A stretch of DNA of 51,315 nt from Paraglomus brasilianum. Taxonomy: Eukaryota. The stretch spans positions 1 to 51,315 of the forward strand of contig CAJVPI010000123.1 of assembly GCA_910592345.1 (NCBI GenBank), in the 5' to 3' direction. Within the stretch, counting starts at the first letter, position 1, and every line of letters starts with the position of its first letter. Below are positions 1 to 14,770 of the stretch, piece by piece. The notes under the pieces are model-generated. The model was not told the origin of the DNA, did no database searches, and saw only the letters and a list, made by a program, of their open reading frames with translations. A program made the position numbers and the translations under genes.

Positions 1-1367
1 CAAGATAAACTACTTTAATTATGTTATCAAAAGAAGCATCATCGCTGGTGTACCCAGTGTGTGATAATCGGAAATGACTATAGATTATCACATCGCAAAA
101 ATCGAAATGAGCCAACCCATTTCAGGATCCCAGAATGGTCAAATCCTAGAATGGGTCCGAACAGTAATATATCCTTTCATTGTTTAGTGAAATTCTTACT
201 GTATGTACCCATGCACATGAAACTATTCTATAAAATTTTCTGTTAATTTAGAAAATAGCTCATAGTATCTCACATTTATATTGTTTATAAATAAAAGAGC
301 TCAATAAACATTATTTAAGCAAAACGTGATCATTTAATAGTGAGTTTTTCACTGGATTTGAAAGTTGTTGCCGCGAGTATGTTATGGGATTGTGACGTTT
401 AATATTGTACACTAACACACATAGTGAAATTAATATTTTGATTTTTATAGGATCTTTATTGACAACTACAGAGAAACTGCTAAATAGTACATAAGCTTTG
501 GTCGTTGGAGAAGTAGAAGAGGGAAAGAGTTCCCGCATTAGCATGGAAATTAATATTTCAACACCACAAAGATAATCTAATGGATAAAGTGTGACAATAT
601 AAATAAGATCTCATTATCATATCACTGAGTTATTGTGTAGTGAGCTCATTATGAGCTCCATAATATTCTTGTAATGGACTCATAATGATATTTGTTGTCT
701 ATCATGAGGTACTCAACTGTATATTGCTGAGTTGTCAATAACACATTGTTCAATATTACAACTTTCTGTAAAGTAGAGTGATATTTCTAAAGGTCACCCT
801 GGACTTTTCTCCTGCTCTTCCTCTTGATCAACCTGAAAAAAATTATCTGCTGCCTCATTTGGAAACAGTTCAGAAGTCAAGCTTTAAAATTATTTATTAT
901 GCTTGATTTCAATTATGTAATTACTAATAAAATCTTTATGGTACATAAATTAAAATGGCTTTCTAAACATAAATCTTATATGCTCAAGTCTACAATATTA
1001 AAAACATTGAAATTACAGTTTAAGAGGCTAGGCCTAAATCTGTGATTATAGAACACAAGTTCGGGCAAAGCTACTTATAATTCAAAAAGTCTTGGCAACG
1101 TTAACAATACTTGGTACTTGTTCCCTGGCTGTTAACATTTATACGACTACTATATTTATTCGACTCGTTCTGGTGGTGTGTCAGAATAATTACTTTTCAG
1201 CTTTCTCAAAGATGCAAAATAAACTGGTTCATAAAATTGCTTTGAAATGCTTCAAGGCAATTCAGCGAATAATGGGAGATAGGTCGCGACCGGTCTCTCG
1301 ACGAGTAGTTATTCTAGAAAAAAAAATTATATAAAAAAAAATGCAAAAAACGCTAATATCAATGCCA

Positions 1368-4300
1368 TCAAGTTTGGTGGGGATTTTCTCCATTTTCCTT
1401 GCCTTTGCACTTATCGATAACAATGTCTTTACCTTCATTACTATCATTGCTACTTTTATCGTCACGTTCATTAATAACATCTCCGTCATCGTCATCGTCA
1501 TCGTCGTCATCATCTCCAGGTAAGGTATGGATACCTATACTTTGTTCATTGTCACGGTGAGTAGTATAATCATAAAAGTCTGCATTTTTGTAAAACGGCG
1601 TAAAGTTAGCAAATGTATTGCTAAGACGTTGTTGTAAAGATTGCCGACTATTGCTTGGATCCAAGGGAACGGATTCAGGGCGTATTTTTAGGATTTGAAG
1701 ACCGATCGAATGGCGGTTGTCTTTGGATATTACGAACGGTATGTTGATGTCTTTGACCGCTTTTTTGTTAAGAATATTGTTCACATGCTTAAGAAGGCAA
1801 AAAAAATAAAATAAGTATATAAAGCAAATTTGGTAGAAGCTAAGCCTGATCCAAAATTAGGTGAAGATTTTACCTCCTTTTCAACACGGAAAAAATTCCA
1901 CTGAAAACGACTAATGTTTACGTTTATGGTTAATATCAGAACAAATAATAGTATCCAGCATGACTATTCAGTTTAACTGGCATTAATATCAAACACACTT
2001 ACCGAATCATCTCCATAAAAGCTAAACCACCGCCCAATAGTTTACTGTCAAAGAGAGATACTAATATCCACGAAGATCTCATCACAATATTTGAGACTAT
2101 CGCAGAGTAGTACACCCACTTGCGTTTATATTCCAAATCTTCTCGAAGTCCGTAATTTGGTACGTACCAAACCCGGAGGAGAGCCCAATCCATAATTAAG
2201 TCCCACAAAATTGCAAGAAGTACATTAAAAATATGTATTATGTACCAGAAAATAAGTGATACTATTTTTGTAAAAAGGAAAATTGTTAGCATAAAAATAA
2301 AACAAAAGACACCTATATTTTGTAAAATAACTTACCTTCAAGTCGCTTGGCATAAATTAACCAAAAAGGTATCACTATAGTAATATATTTCAGTGCATTC
2401 ACTAGATGAGGATTTGCCTTTCCTGTCTTAATCCACCTTTGCAAACACTGAAAAAAGCGTAACAAAGCAGGTATGCTGCCTATAAAAACTGCCCAAGGGT
2501 TTGTATATGATAAGCAGTGCTCTGTAATAAGGTTTAAAGCTATTAAATTATTGGCAATTAGATATACAGAAACATTAAAGTAAGTAAACATTTACCTTTA
2601 TCCTTTGGAGTCCAATCATCATCAAATGCGCACACAATTGTTGCAAGAAAAGAAAAGGTATATGATAAGCTACTTAATTCATCAGCTATAAAAAAGTCAC
2701 GAAATTCGACACCATAGACAAATGGCAAACATATGCGAAACTAAATGTAGCGAAGAGAAGTTGTTAGCAATATTAAACATTATGAGATGTAGTAAATTAA
2801 TACTGTACTACTTGCTTACCAGGGTAGTTATAAACCATCTTCTAGCTTTATAATACATTATAGGAAATGGACAAAAGAAAATTAAACAAAATATAAAAAA
2901 AAAGGCCAAGATATAATATGAAGGCAAAAGATCTTGAATGTAATTGGCAAAGGACAAGTAGAAACAAACAGAAAATAAAAGAAAAACAAGCGAAGGCAGC
3001 TGCAAACAAGTTATTGATAGAATCAGTTTTGAATAATGATACAAATTGTATTTGCAAAACATTGAAGCCTGTAATAATTTTCCTGTCTCATATACTTACT
3101 TCCCAAAATTCACGATAATCTACATTATCTCTAATATCAAAATCAAAGATGAGTTTATAGTTTATCTTTAATTTCGACCATACTACCACATTGATTCCCA
3201 CCAACAATGTTAGCATTATTGGCAGGAAAATACCCAAGTATATTTGAAGTAACAGATTCCAGTCACAAAATTTATAAAAAATCTGTTGTTCGTCATGGCT
3301 TAATGCGTCAGAATTCTTTAGATAACAGAGTTTTTCACCTGTATTTACATTAACAAAATTAACCATATCTAAAGCTGAAATGGAAGTTGCATTAAAATAA
3401 GTATCATTGGGATGCATATTAAACATACAGTTATTGCGCTCGTCATTAGAAATTAGTACCTAGTTGTATACCACGCAAACACAGAACGATTGCTAGACCA
3501 AGGTATAACCCTACACGCCATACAATGAAGTCGTATGACTGGATATGGGAAATAAATGTCAGCTCACTAACTCATAATGATTCTCATATTTGATGACATA
3601 GATCTTGCCTTTCTTGCTTTATCCGGCATTCGTAACGTATCCATGGCATGCTTTCTCACACCGCCTGCAAATGCAGTCAAAAATAGCGACTAGAATTTGT
3701 ATTAATGTTATATCGGATCACTTATACTGGCTGCTGCAATGTAACAAAAATTTAAACAATTACCTCGGTTTGTTCAAGCAAGTTATCAAGCGTTTTGGAA
3801 TTGTTAAAGTTTGTTGCATTTACTTTGCGGATATAAATTTGACTGACTTTCCAGTTTGAATTCTAATGATGTATACTGACTGAGTATTGAATAATGTAGA
3901 TGAGATAGGCGATATGATTAAACCAACCGAGTTACCTTGTCAAACTTTTTAAGTATTTTCTCAAACCCAGTTTTATTAAGTTGCTTTTAGTTGAGCGAAA
4001 TAGAAGTCTGTCAATAAATTTACTATCTTACGTTAAAGTTATTTACCAAATTGATTAATACGTACGGCATATTTTTTGAGCATTTGCACCCCTCGATAGA
4101 ATTCAAGTACTCCCAGTTTTATTCTCTTCTTTGCTGCATTGTAACTCATAGGTACTGGTTTTCTTTGTCCTTCAGAAGTGATAACTCTGACTTCGTGATC
4201 ATGTTCAACTTCATACTTTTTGCCAGGGTGGTGATCCACGCCGTGATTCAAAATGCTCATTGGCCTAAATACGTTTGGTTCGTTTTCCTTTTGATTGTAA

Positions 4301-5074
4301 AGATTAAAGTTGTTCGGTGAGAGTGTGTTATTTGATTACTCAATTGGGCTCGAGCACAATAAACACCTAATAATTACTCCTATAAGATTTTTTCGGGATA
4401 AAGTATTGAAAAATGTAGCGATCTTTTGTACATGAACATTTAACTATTCATGTAGTATATGCAAAAATACGGGTGCTACCTTTATCTGTCATTCAACATA
4501 ACTTACAATCACGTTCTTTTTGTGCTCTTGCATTAATAGTCTATATGCTTTTTTAAGCTCTTTTAGTCTTTCGTTAGCATAATCCTCATTATCTGTGGCA
4601 ATAGTAAAGAGCGAAAATTCCTATTAGACAACGATAGATATATAAAAGATATGACGATTACGTCATAGAATGTGACACTCACTTTCGTAAAACTCCCATA
4701 TCTTTGATAGTTCTTTATCCAATTTGGCGAAGAACTTTTGTTCATATTTGTTCATCTTTGGTATAATATCATCCATTGTCGCATCATTCTGTATAGAAAA
4801 CTGGTCTATTGAATGATATAAGTTTTTGTTAATATCTCAATTGAACAATGAGAGTTTCACATTACAGTTTTAAGTCTTTGCATTCACCAAGTGGGGGAAG
4901 AGATTTGACATCTTCTTTGTAGGCTATAGCGTCGTAGCTGTATGTACTTTCGCCCTTTCCGAATTTGTGCAAGTATGCTACATCTTTGAGAATGCGTTTG
5001 AGCTCTTTGTAGTCAATGTACATTTTTTTCCATTCTGGAACCGATTCTTGATCAAGCAATTTTGAGAATTTCAT
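1368..5074 (-). CDS. SYG1: SPX-EXS domain protein (SYG1/XPR1/PHO1 family phosphate exporter), multi-exon
   Basis: N-terminus MKFSKLLDQESVPEWKKMYIDYKELK is SPX subdomain 1; GFEKILKKFDK lysine cluster at ~3936-3968; EXS motifs FRDFFIADELS, PALLRFFQCLQRW, HLVNALKY, WDLIMDWALL, RFQWNFFRVEKEH across GT-AG introns; last exon is ORF 1368..1784 with a poly-Asp tail. Several internal exon boundaries are approximate. Confidence 0.92.
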
Positions 5075-8000
5075 GTTAAACTACGGGACACAGATAGAGG
5101 CAGCGGCAGTGTATAATCTAGTCAATTTCTGTAGAAAGTAAAAACGGGTTTAAAAAAGGGATGTCTTTTTTTTTTTTAAGATTTTTTGATATTGTGTGTA
5201 CAAAATGCGGATAACAGTTTTAATTTATACACGCCTTTCCCACATGTAGTCTCGATTGAGATTCTATGTTGTTCGTTACCAAAAAGTATTTACCGGGATC
5301 TGTCAATCAAATAGCAAAAACATATGAAAAATTGTCCATTCGTTTTTTGTAACGTTTGAATAATAGTTCGACAAAGTGGCGGTATTTACATTACACATGA
5401 AATCTGTATGAAAACCGTCATGTAACATAAATAAACCAACTTTATCGGACTACAGCTTTTTTCCGAAAAGTACTTCAAAATGATGCAAATATTCAACTTG
5501 CATATTACGATCAAAAGAATGATTTTCATATGTTTTTGCCATTTGATTGGCAGATCCGGCGGCGTGTGTAAACTGCATGTCATGATTTCATGTGGGAAAA
5601 TCTTCGAGTAGATCACCGCCATATTTGGACCAAGGTTTAATATCGGGAAATTTTACTTATTTAATTATGATTGCATCGAAATGGTAGCCGCATAAAAATG
5701 AAAACTCGCAAGAAGTAAAGGTGCTTATTCAACAAGCAATTGTAGTAAGGAAAAGTATTATATTAATGAGTAAATGTGGCTACGGCATGAAATGAAGTAA
5801 AGGTGACGGACAGTTTATTCCGAGTTTACGTGATAGTTTGTCCGCGATACCTTTGCTTACATAAACGTATTAAGGGCCAATTGCCTACCAGCATTGAGGT
5901 TGTATTTATGAAGAAAAGGAAAAGCTACTTACAGGCTTTTATTTACGATAGACCCTTGTTCAAAAAAAAAAAAAAATAGCCCTCCCAAGAGAATCTACAA
6001 TTATTAGATGCAGACCTGTTACGTAATTGTTTGTATATAATTTCGTAGAGCACTTAGAATAGCTATTAGCAACTGAAGCCAAAACAAGCTATTTAATCAA
6101 TGAGTGTGTTAGTTTGGTTATTACCATTCTTTATCATATTATTATCCGCAGCCAAACACATTAAGCTAGCCTTTCCCCCCTCAATCTGACTTAATGCCCG
6201 TTATCGACATTGTGAGATGACTGACATTCGATCAAAACTTTACGTTCTGCTTACAATTTTTCATGTCATATGTTTTAAATAACTCTTAATGAACTGCTAA
6301 TAATACTAGCCAATGACTCAACTAATAGACGCAGCCAGCTGACTTAATAATAACAGTGCTCTCACCAGTTCACCGAGCCAATCCGTTTTGGAAATCAGTT
6401 TATCGTTGGCTAGATAGTGCTCATCAGCCGTACGACAAAAAGGTAATGATATAATTTATCACATTGAGCACAAATCATACTCGCCAATCAGACCAATTGG
6501 TTATCACGTATATATCCTTAAAAGGTTATTTGACCAAATGCGGTATCGAGCTATTGACGATCCATCAAGCCCTAAACCGGCGCCGACTAAACCGGTCTCG
6601 GGTTTAACCGGCTGCCTAACAACCGTACCGAATTTTGATTAATTAAAACCGACAATTAATAGCATCTCCGGTTATAATAATAACGTCAAATCGGCACGAT
6701 TATTTAGTTACACAAGATTCATTGCTATCACTATATAAAAAATTCCGATAATATTAAATCATGTAACATTGGAGCTGTGTAACAAGATTATGAGAAAAAT
6801 TTCAGATTAACAATATACAACTTGGACAAATTTCCGATTACTGTTTCAATCTTATTTCATATCTTTGTCCAAATGTCACAATAATGTATTCATTTCATCT
6901 CCCCAACTGCTCTTGAAAATGCAACATCCTGGTTAACAAACTCTGAAATAGCAAACAAACAATCGGCGATGCTATATGGGTTGGCAATTAATGAAGATAG
7001 TCCTCAAAGCAGCTTCAATGAAATGACATCTCCCAAAATGGCCACAACTAAAGGAAGCTTTCCGTCATGATCAATCAAATAAAGATGTTTGACGTTAGCG
7101 TTGATCAAATTTATAATAATTGATTAAACCGATTGATATATGAATACTGGTTTTATCCGATAACCGATCTCGCCTGTATTCGTCTTATTCGACATCCATT
7201 CATTGTTTCAAAGGCAAATTTTTTCTAGCTTGCTCTCTGTTTACTGTACTGTATATACATATTGTTTCATTAAATGTTAAAAATATTTTGCCTTCCAATA
7301 ATATTACTTTCCTCTCCAAAAAAACTTAGAGTAGATAACCTCTGGGATAAACCACTTGCTCGACAAGATACTATATAAACCCTGTAATCGCTTGTAACTT
7401 CTCATGCAAAGACTACCACAGATAAACCCGTAATCATAAACAATGTCTACCTAACTAAACTTATAGACTGCGTCCCAAAATTATACAATTGATATTTTAC
7501 CACCATTTGTACGTATTTAACAAGGATTTTGAGTAATATATTTGAACAACTCTCGTCTATAATAATAATATTATTGCCACAGTTCATTGCTGGATACAAA
7601 AACACAATATGCATCGAGTCGCGTATCTAATTTCATTTGCTTTTTCGATACATAGAGACCAAGTTACAGACCATTATCATATCATTGAGTTACCGCATGT
7701 ATTATTGTGTGCTAAAACGCATAAGTTAATTTCAACAAACAAAGCGTAAAAATAGAGTTTAAACTAATTATAGATATCCGGCGCTAAAAGTCTATTACAT
7801 ATGTTAATATAGCAATATTAAATTACATTTATAATTGACGAGTGAAACCAAACGTTGTATAGAAATAGGTGATGTCTATTACATGTTACTGCAATATTGT
7901 ATTGACTAAACCTAAGCAGTCTATGCAACTGCGCTGCGTAAAGATACAGTAGCGTCTATTGTAGACTTAAGCAATGTAAAATTGTATTGAACTGAATAAC

Positions 8001-8673
8001 TTATTTAAAAACATACAACAACAGTAGGTAAATATATTAGTGAACGATGCCTATGAAGACCGAATTACCAATAGCAACAATTTTGCTAAATTACTTTTGT
8101 CTGTTTGAAGACGGACGATAAATTATCGCTTTCTGTAAGGCATGACTTAAAAGAAGATAAATTTGATTATAAATTAGCTTTTTCTAATGTTGTTATTCAT
8201 TATTATTGATTTATTTAATTCTAAACAAGTCGACAATTGCACAATTTTTACAAATTTGCTCTCATCCGCGCCCAATAGTAAGTTAATAATATGACTCATA
8301 TTTTTATGTCAAATTTTTTTATTTCTCAAGCCGGTCTTGAACGTTAGTTAAGTTTTTACATTGTATGATGTGTTATACTGACCAAGTATTATGTTCGGTG
8401 GCTTGTATTAGTCTTTTTCAGTGGTCAAAATAACGTATAGGTGAGTAATTATGCAGCAAATTTGAGAAAGAATAATATTCTCTATGGAACTTTGATTATT
8501 CTAAAATTGTCAGACATCCTAGTAGTTCATTAATTTACCAAGCCATTAGATAAAGTCGTAACAAACGTTGACCAGCATTACTTGTAATGTGAACAGAGTC
8601 TCATATTGTAATGGTCCCAGGACAGCGTCGTTGAGGAATGTTTTATATACACAAACCAACCTTTAAAACAGGT

Positions 8674-10221
8674 TTAATCCTGGTTATCATTAAACGCCAA
8701 AACATTGGGGCTTCCTTTTACATCCTTGACGACACCAGGTATAGCAACGGAAAAAATTTTATCACTTAGTTCCTGTGTTGTCAAGGGAGTGTCACTCAGA
8801 GAAAGAAAGTATGCTGCAAGACCAGCTACGTGGGGACTTGCCATGGAAGTGCCAGAAAGAATGGCCGTGTCAGTGTTTGACTTAATGCCAGCTGACAAAA
8901 TGTTTACGCCCTAACAGTTTGTTAAATATATATAGGGACAAATGATGGTAATTTAATATTATGTTAATATTTTTGATGAATTAAATTAATCGCACAAAAT
9001 CATTCTTTACTTACGGGAGCGAACATCTTCACGCATTTACCGAAATTAGAGAAATCAGCACGGGTATCTTTACCGTCTATGGCAGCAACTGAAATTACTT
9101 TCGAAGCACCAGAAGGTGATTGAGTACAGGCATCAACATCGTCATTCCCTGCAGCTACAACTACAACCATTCCGCCATCAACAGCCTAACAATATTATTG
9201 AATGGATGGGATGTTCTCAGTATAATAACCATACGCGATATTTTCAAAGCTTTACGTCTTTAACTTACCGAATTTACAGCAGCATCAACAGCAGCACTTT
9301 TACCTCCTCCCAAACTTAAATTAGCGACTGATCCTTTAAACGGCTTTCCCGTTTTTTGAGAATTCTCGAGATTTTTTTTGTGATCATCTAAAGCGAATTG
9401 TACCCCGGTGATAACATCGGTATTGGAACCAGAACCATCATCCCCAAGAACTTTAACAGCGATAAGATTAGATTTTTTAGCAACGCCAAACTTGTTTCCA
9501 GCAGCAGTAGCGGCAACATGAGATCCATGTCCCGCCTTATCTGTATCTTCTGCATCAGGAACCGTCACACCCACTCGAGCACGGCCACCAAACTCGCTGT
9601 GGCTAACCAAGATTCCAGTGTCGATTATATATATATTGACATCCTTTCCAGCAATCGGATCGAACTCATATGTGGTTTGTCCAGTTACGTTTTTATGCGA
9701 TATGCGAACTAAGTTTGGTTGAGCATTGGCTTGTATTTCGCTTGCATAAACTTTTTGATTTTGTTCGACATATGCAACCTAAATAAAATAGATCAAAGCA
9801 AATTGGATGAGCACTAGAAAAGGCGAATATTGCCTTTTCATTTGATCGACAAACAAAAACTAATACTTACATCACTTCTCTGCTTAATTTTATCTATACA
9901 TGATTTTGAGAATGTACCAGAATATCCCTGAAAACTCCCAATTTTGTATTTGTTATTAATTCCATAAGTAGGGCTGTCTGCGGTTCTTGTTTTCAGGTTG
10001 TCTTCATCATTTGACAGCATATTATCAACGTCATCGTAATGATCAGAAATTTGGTTATCGGTCAAATTTTTTCCGAAAACGACAATGTATTGGTCAGGTA
10101 TGATCGATGTTGCTCGAGCACGGTATGAGAGCATAAGATTGCCATTTGAGCGCTCAATGGAATATGGCAGCGCTATGGCTGTTGATAGAAACAATGTAAT
10201 GAGAGAAATAATTTTAACCAT
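8674..10221 (-). CDS. Secreted subtilisin-like serine protease (S8A, proteinase K family) with I9 propeptide, about 4 exons
   Basis: Hydrophobic signal peptide MVKIISLITLFLSTAIA; I9 motifs IPDQYIVVF and FQGYSGTF; catalytic triad IIDTG, GHGSHVA, SGTSMASPHVAG; NLSLGG and AAGN motifs. Confidence 0.95.
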
Positions 10222-12708
10222 TGGTAATCAGGGGATCGTGTTCAGGGGATCGTGTATTAAAAGTTTAACTACTCAGTAGTAATGATTATCTCTATGCGCT
10301 GTCCGGCAGAAGAAAAAAATGAATGACGATGACTCTATAATACTAATAAGCAGAAACCAGCCTGCCAATTAACAAAAATTATAGTTCAGATAAAAAATTG
10401 TCTTATAAAAGATTCCCGATCCAAGTTTTCACTTTGATTGAAAAACACTTTGAGAAAAGTTGGACAATTTATATGTCAACATCACATAACCTGCTACAAT
10501 TACATTTTGCAAGCGTTTCGGATTTTGTAGTTAATTTGTCATTTGTGAAATGAGCCGATCGAAAAACCAGTAGATCTGTTTAATGAAAAGCTAGACCACG
10601 ATACAATTAATAACCGATATGGAAATTTGAATTCATTACTCATTACAAAAAAATAAAATGCAAGTAATTTAGTTACTATACAATAGAACGTTCGATTGCG
10701 CGGGGAGATTGTGGCATGTGACGCTTTACACAATTAGTTGCTAAGAATGGGTGTCTTGGGAAATAAAATCTGTATTTAAAACGTTTGTTGGGCAACAAGC
10801 AACAACATTAACCTGTTTCAACCCCCAAAACTCGAATCTCGACCGGTATTTAAAAATCTATCCACCGAAGATTATATTAATTTCGCCAATGAGATCTGCA
10901 AATTTATCCTAAACCTATAGCTCACATGTGGTATTTATGGTGCACCACTGGTGTACCAGGGGAAATTAATATGAATCACCGAACCTCGATCGGCGTCTGA
11001 ATTGGTGCATATGTAAAATATAGTTTAGCAGTCCCCCGTGATTTCGTATGTTAACCAGATATGTTGTGACACCTTACATTTCAGGGGGGAGCCGAAATAC
11101 ATTCTAAGTTCCTTTGTTACCAACGGTTAATCTTTCCGAAAAGGTTCTATTAAACTCATTTACAGAATTACCACATTACCGTTAAAATGTATGATTTTCT
11201 TTCTTTTCTATGTCTTTGAAGTTCTGATTGTGAACTAAACGAAGGTACATAGGAGGCAGATGTATCAGTCGTCTACAATCGGCAATATAGTTTTATGAAA
11301 TGTTTGAAGATGTGCAAAGGAGAATAATGTTTAAAATCAAATTTTTTATTAACAAGTAACGGCGGTTAAGAAACCCCATAAAAACGCACAGTCATGTCCC
11401 AACTTGTAAGCTTCCAATGTCTACCGTTTATTTAGCCTTGCCAAGTGCATGTTAATATAGTCTTATTTAAATCCTATATTACCATCTATGACGCTTAATT
11501 TCTATTTATTATCTTATTGCCGCTTCAATAAAAATGGACTATAAATCGAATGTTCTAGCGTCAAGTTTTGATACATAAATTAAAAATAGAAATTAAACAA
11601 TTTAGAGCGGGATAACGTCAATAAGGCCGTTGGCAGAACACGGCGTTGGCCTTGACCTCGTGAAAACAACACCTAGTACAATAAATGATGACTAATGTAC
11701 TTGAATCTGACGTTTGCGAACAAGTACATCAAGACATACATAATGGTTTTGCATTAGCGCAGAATTACCCACGAAAGAAAGGTTTCTCATGCCTGATAGC
11801 AATCTGCGAGCGACGACGCAAGCGTATTCTCAAGCGCTGAGGAGGAGCAATTTTTGTGAAGCAATATTATAAATATACAGTACAATGTAATACAAAAAAG
11901 CGGTTAAACATCAACGCTATTTGACGTGATTTGTTAATTAATAGGATTGCAGACGTTAGATAAAGTGCTACATTACACACATATTGCTCACCTTTTTCCC
12001 GAAAAACAAGGCTTTACTGTGTGTGATATAATGGTATTGCGGCGGTTTCCGAATTTCTTAAATAAAGTGCATCACAATCCTCCATCCTTTATGTGTAAGC
12101 AAATCACAAGTTATTACAAGTGGCCGCTAAAAAATCCAAGTATTACTTGAATTACAAAATCAATGAATTAATGCCAGAGTGGCACAAATTTTATGTCATA
12201 CGTGTGTGGGTGATGCGAATAATATACTGTATATCACTAGTCTGCTTCTTGTGATTTTGTTGTTCAACAATTATACATAATTTTTTGCGGTGGCTGTTTA
12301 CACTTCTCTAAGCAAATTCTCATTAAGCTTTATTGCTCAATGTTTCGAATAGTTTAATTGTTCGAATAAGTACTTTTTAATATCAAGAGAGAAAGCAACA
12401 TCAAATAGGTGCAGAATTATTTTATTTACTAGTACAAGAGAATGCAGTATTGATTTGAGCAATTGCAGATCATGATACAATTTCTGGAGTAAGTATTAAC
12501 CCGTTTAGTAAAACATGTTTGTTTAAGCACGATTTTAGTAGTTCCATATTATTCACGCTCAGAAGTAATTGTGTGAGTGCAGATTGATAATGACCGCATA
12601 GTTTTAATTAATGCTTTTTGCAAGTATTAATTTCACTAATTAATAAAAAAGCAATAATTTGATAAATGTAAGCGAATATTCAATAATTAATTATATTAAT
12701 TATGTGTA

Positions 12709-13583
12709 CTGTTCGGTGCAAAAATATCCGCACCTCACAATAATCTTAATTAAAAAACCAATAGGTATTCGGATTTATTATACTATAAAAATTTTATTAA
12801 AATTCATCATTATTGTCAAGATTGTCATCCTCATCTGTTTCCTCATCCAATAAAATTACATTATTATCTGATTCTTTATATCCTTTCGCTCTTGTGAGCG
12901 CTCTTTTCCATAATCCTACTATTACTTTGATGTTAAGATTTTTTCTTTAAAAGCTTTTAAAAGCTTATTTCTAACGTCTAAGAGATTTAAATGTGGGCCT
13001 CCTCAACTTTTACCCTCAATCGGCTGAAGCTCGCAATGGTAAGGAGGCGTAAAAAAAACTTGATGACCATATAGTATTCGGAGAAATTGCCACTTGGAAA
13101 GTATGTACCTATGTTCGGAAAGAATTCGTCGTAAGAAAATTGTTGTCCTGTCTTGTTACTGTTCATAATGTGAGTTCGCAAAAGTGATATATGATGTCTT
13201 CGCCTGGTTGAGATTTAGGTTGTCCAAGATTTTGATGTGGTGTAAATGTGCCGGTTCCAATCAGACAACACATCCCTCAACCGTACTCTCCGCAACCCCC
13301 AAAACTAGACCAACTCGCTTGCGTAATGTTATGTTTTTATTTTGCTTACCTATGGATGTAGCCCCAGGAAAGTATCTGTAGACGTTCAATACCATCCATT
13401 TTTCGTTCGCTGTTAGTGGTGGGGGCGTTCGGTTTACACGAGAACTAGACATGAGGAAAAATATGTCTATATGTAATCTTTTTACCATGTTAAAATGGGC
13501 TTATTTGGGTCGTTGCATGTGGTTTTAGTATTACGCAAATAAAAATCTTTAAATCGAGGTACGGATATTTTTGCACCGGACCA
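12709..13583 (-). mobile_element. Degenerate Tc1/mariner (IS630-like) element with TIRs and TA target duplication
   Basis: ~28 bp TIRs (12709 CTGTTCGGTGCAAAAATATCCGCACCTC vs reverse complement of 13556-13583 TGGTCCGGTGCAAAAATATCCGTACCTC), TA on both flanks; internal HTH-like ORF fragment TLRKRVGLVLGVAESTV; internally deleted. Confidence 0.8.
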
Positions 13584-13739
13584 TATAGAGAATTAGAAAA
13601 TGTTTGCCCAAGAACTTATTTACGTTTACTGCTGTATGTTGGTAGACGTTTATAATGTGAGAGCGCGATCGATAACTAATACGTGTTATTGGAGAACAGT
13701 TTAGTAGACTGGCAAAGTATATGCATTTTGACGATCTAC

Positions 13740-14311
13740 ATTTTTTATCAAAAATTTAAATCAAGTTTTCCGGAAATTGTATTAACAACTTTTAAAAAAA
13801 AACTTATATTTTCGAAATCTTCTTGTTATGAACTTTTTATTTATAACGTTAAATCTATGAACAGGAGCATTATCATCTTGAAAGACATAAGTTTTTTTCA
13901 TAATCTAGGCTTTCAATAAAAGGAATTAAATAATTTTCTAAAAGTTTTTATAGACTTGGCCTGTAATATTTCCTTCTAACACTACTAATGGGCCAAGTCG
14001 ATTTTAACAAAACAGCTCCAGACCATTATTGCACTAGACAGTCTACATCATATTTCTCATGAGGCCTACGCCAAACACATTACTGACCATCATTTTTGAA
14101 TAAAAGAATTCTTTCCTATCCTATTATCTTTGGTTACTCGTACAAGAGTTTGCTCTTCGCGCGCTCAATCAAAAAGCGGTGGTCTTTCTGAACGAGGAAG
14201 AAGTTCAAATTTATTAACGACATCATTGCAAGTAGTTCTGGGTATTCCGAGTATTTTTTGATGTTGTGCCTGTCTTTGTGAAGTCCAATAATCATTCCAC
14301 GGGCTTGGGCA
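13740..14311 (-). mobile_element. Tc1-like transposase relic (frameshifted)
   Basis: Manual minus-strand translation gives HTH fragment ARGMIIGLH...LGIPRTTCNDVVNKF...PRSERPP, then VWRRPHEKY, IMVWSCF, LGPLVVLEGNITGQVYKKLLENYLIPF and VFQDDNAPVH (DDE second Asp). Boundaries approximate. Confidence 0.8.
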
Positions 14312-14634
14312 TTTTATAAAATATAGTAAGCATAGCTAAAAAGTGACTTTATTATTTTCAAAAGCTATGGTCTTATCTGCTCGAGAAAAAAAAGTGCTTG
14401 ACATTTAGTTAGATGACGACGAGATATCTCAATTTGAATGTAGGCTACTACGGTTGTTACTTTTTGGCAGTGGGTGTACATTACATACCATTATTATCAC
14501 TATCATTACAGGAGGGAAACAAGTATTGTGCGGTCGTAATTTATTTTTTTTTATATAAAATAAAAGATTAACGCATGTTATGAGCAGAATAATAAATTTG
14601 TAAACAAAAACCAATTTTTTGCTTTAAGCAGATA

Positions 14635-14770
14635 ATGAAAGCTAAATTCTATGTAGATATTCTCCACAGACATTCCAGAGATAAATCGCACGCTAAAGGC
14701 AAATGGCAGTTTCAGCAAGATAGTAATCCGAAACATACGGGCCGTCTTGCCCAAGCCTTTCTTCGAAACT
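14635..14770 (+). mobile_element. Tc1 DDE-domain fragment, related to the 21831-22908 element
   Basis: MKAKFYVDIL...WQFQQDSNPKHTGRLAQAFL closely parallels FQQDNDPKYSSRLAKAFL at ~22595-22650. Confidence 0.7.

Noticed and set aside
1262..1523. Alternative-frame ORFs with MTMTMT or VIVIVI tracts
   Set aside because: Other-frame readings of the poly-Asp GAT/GAC repeat in the SPX-EXS last exon.
6570..6625. AACCGG-rich GC patch resembling hAT subterminal repeats
   Set aside because: No TIR pair or target duplication identified.
11620..11680. Possible Helitron 3' end (GC-rich hairpin followed by CTAGT)
   Set aside because: The hairpin is imperfect, the spacing is long, and no 5' end or Rep/helicase remnant was found.
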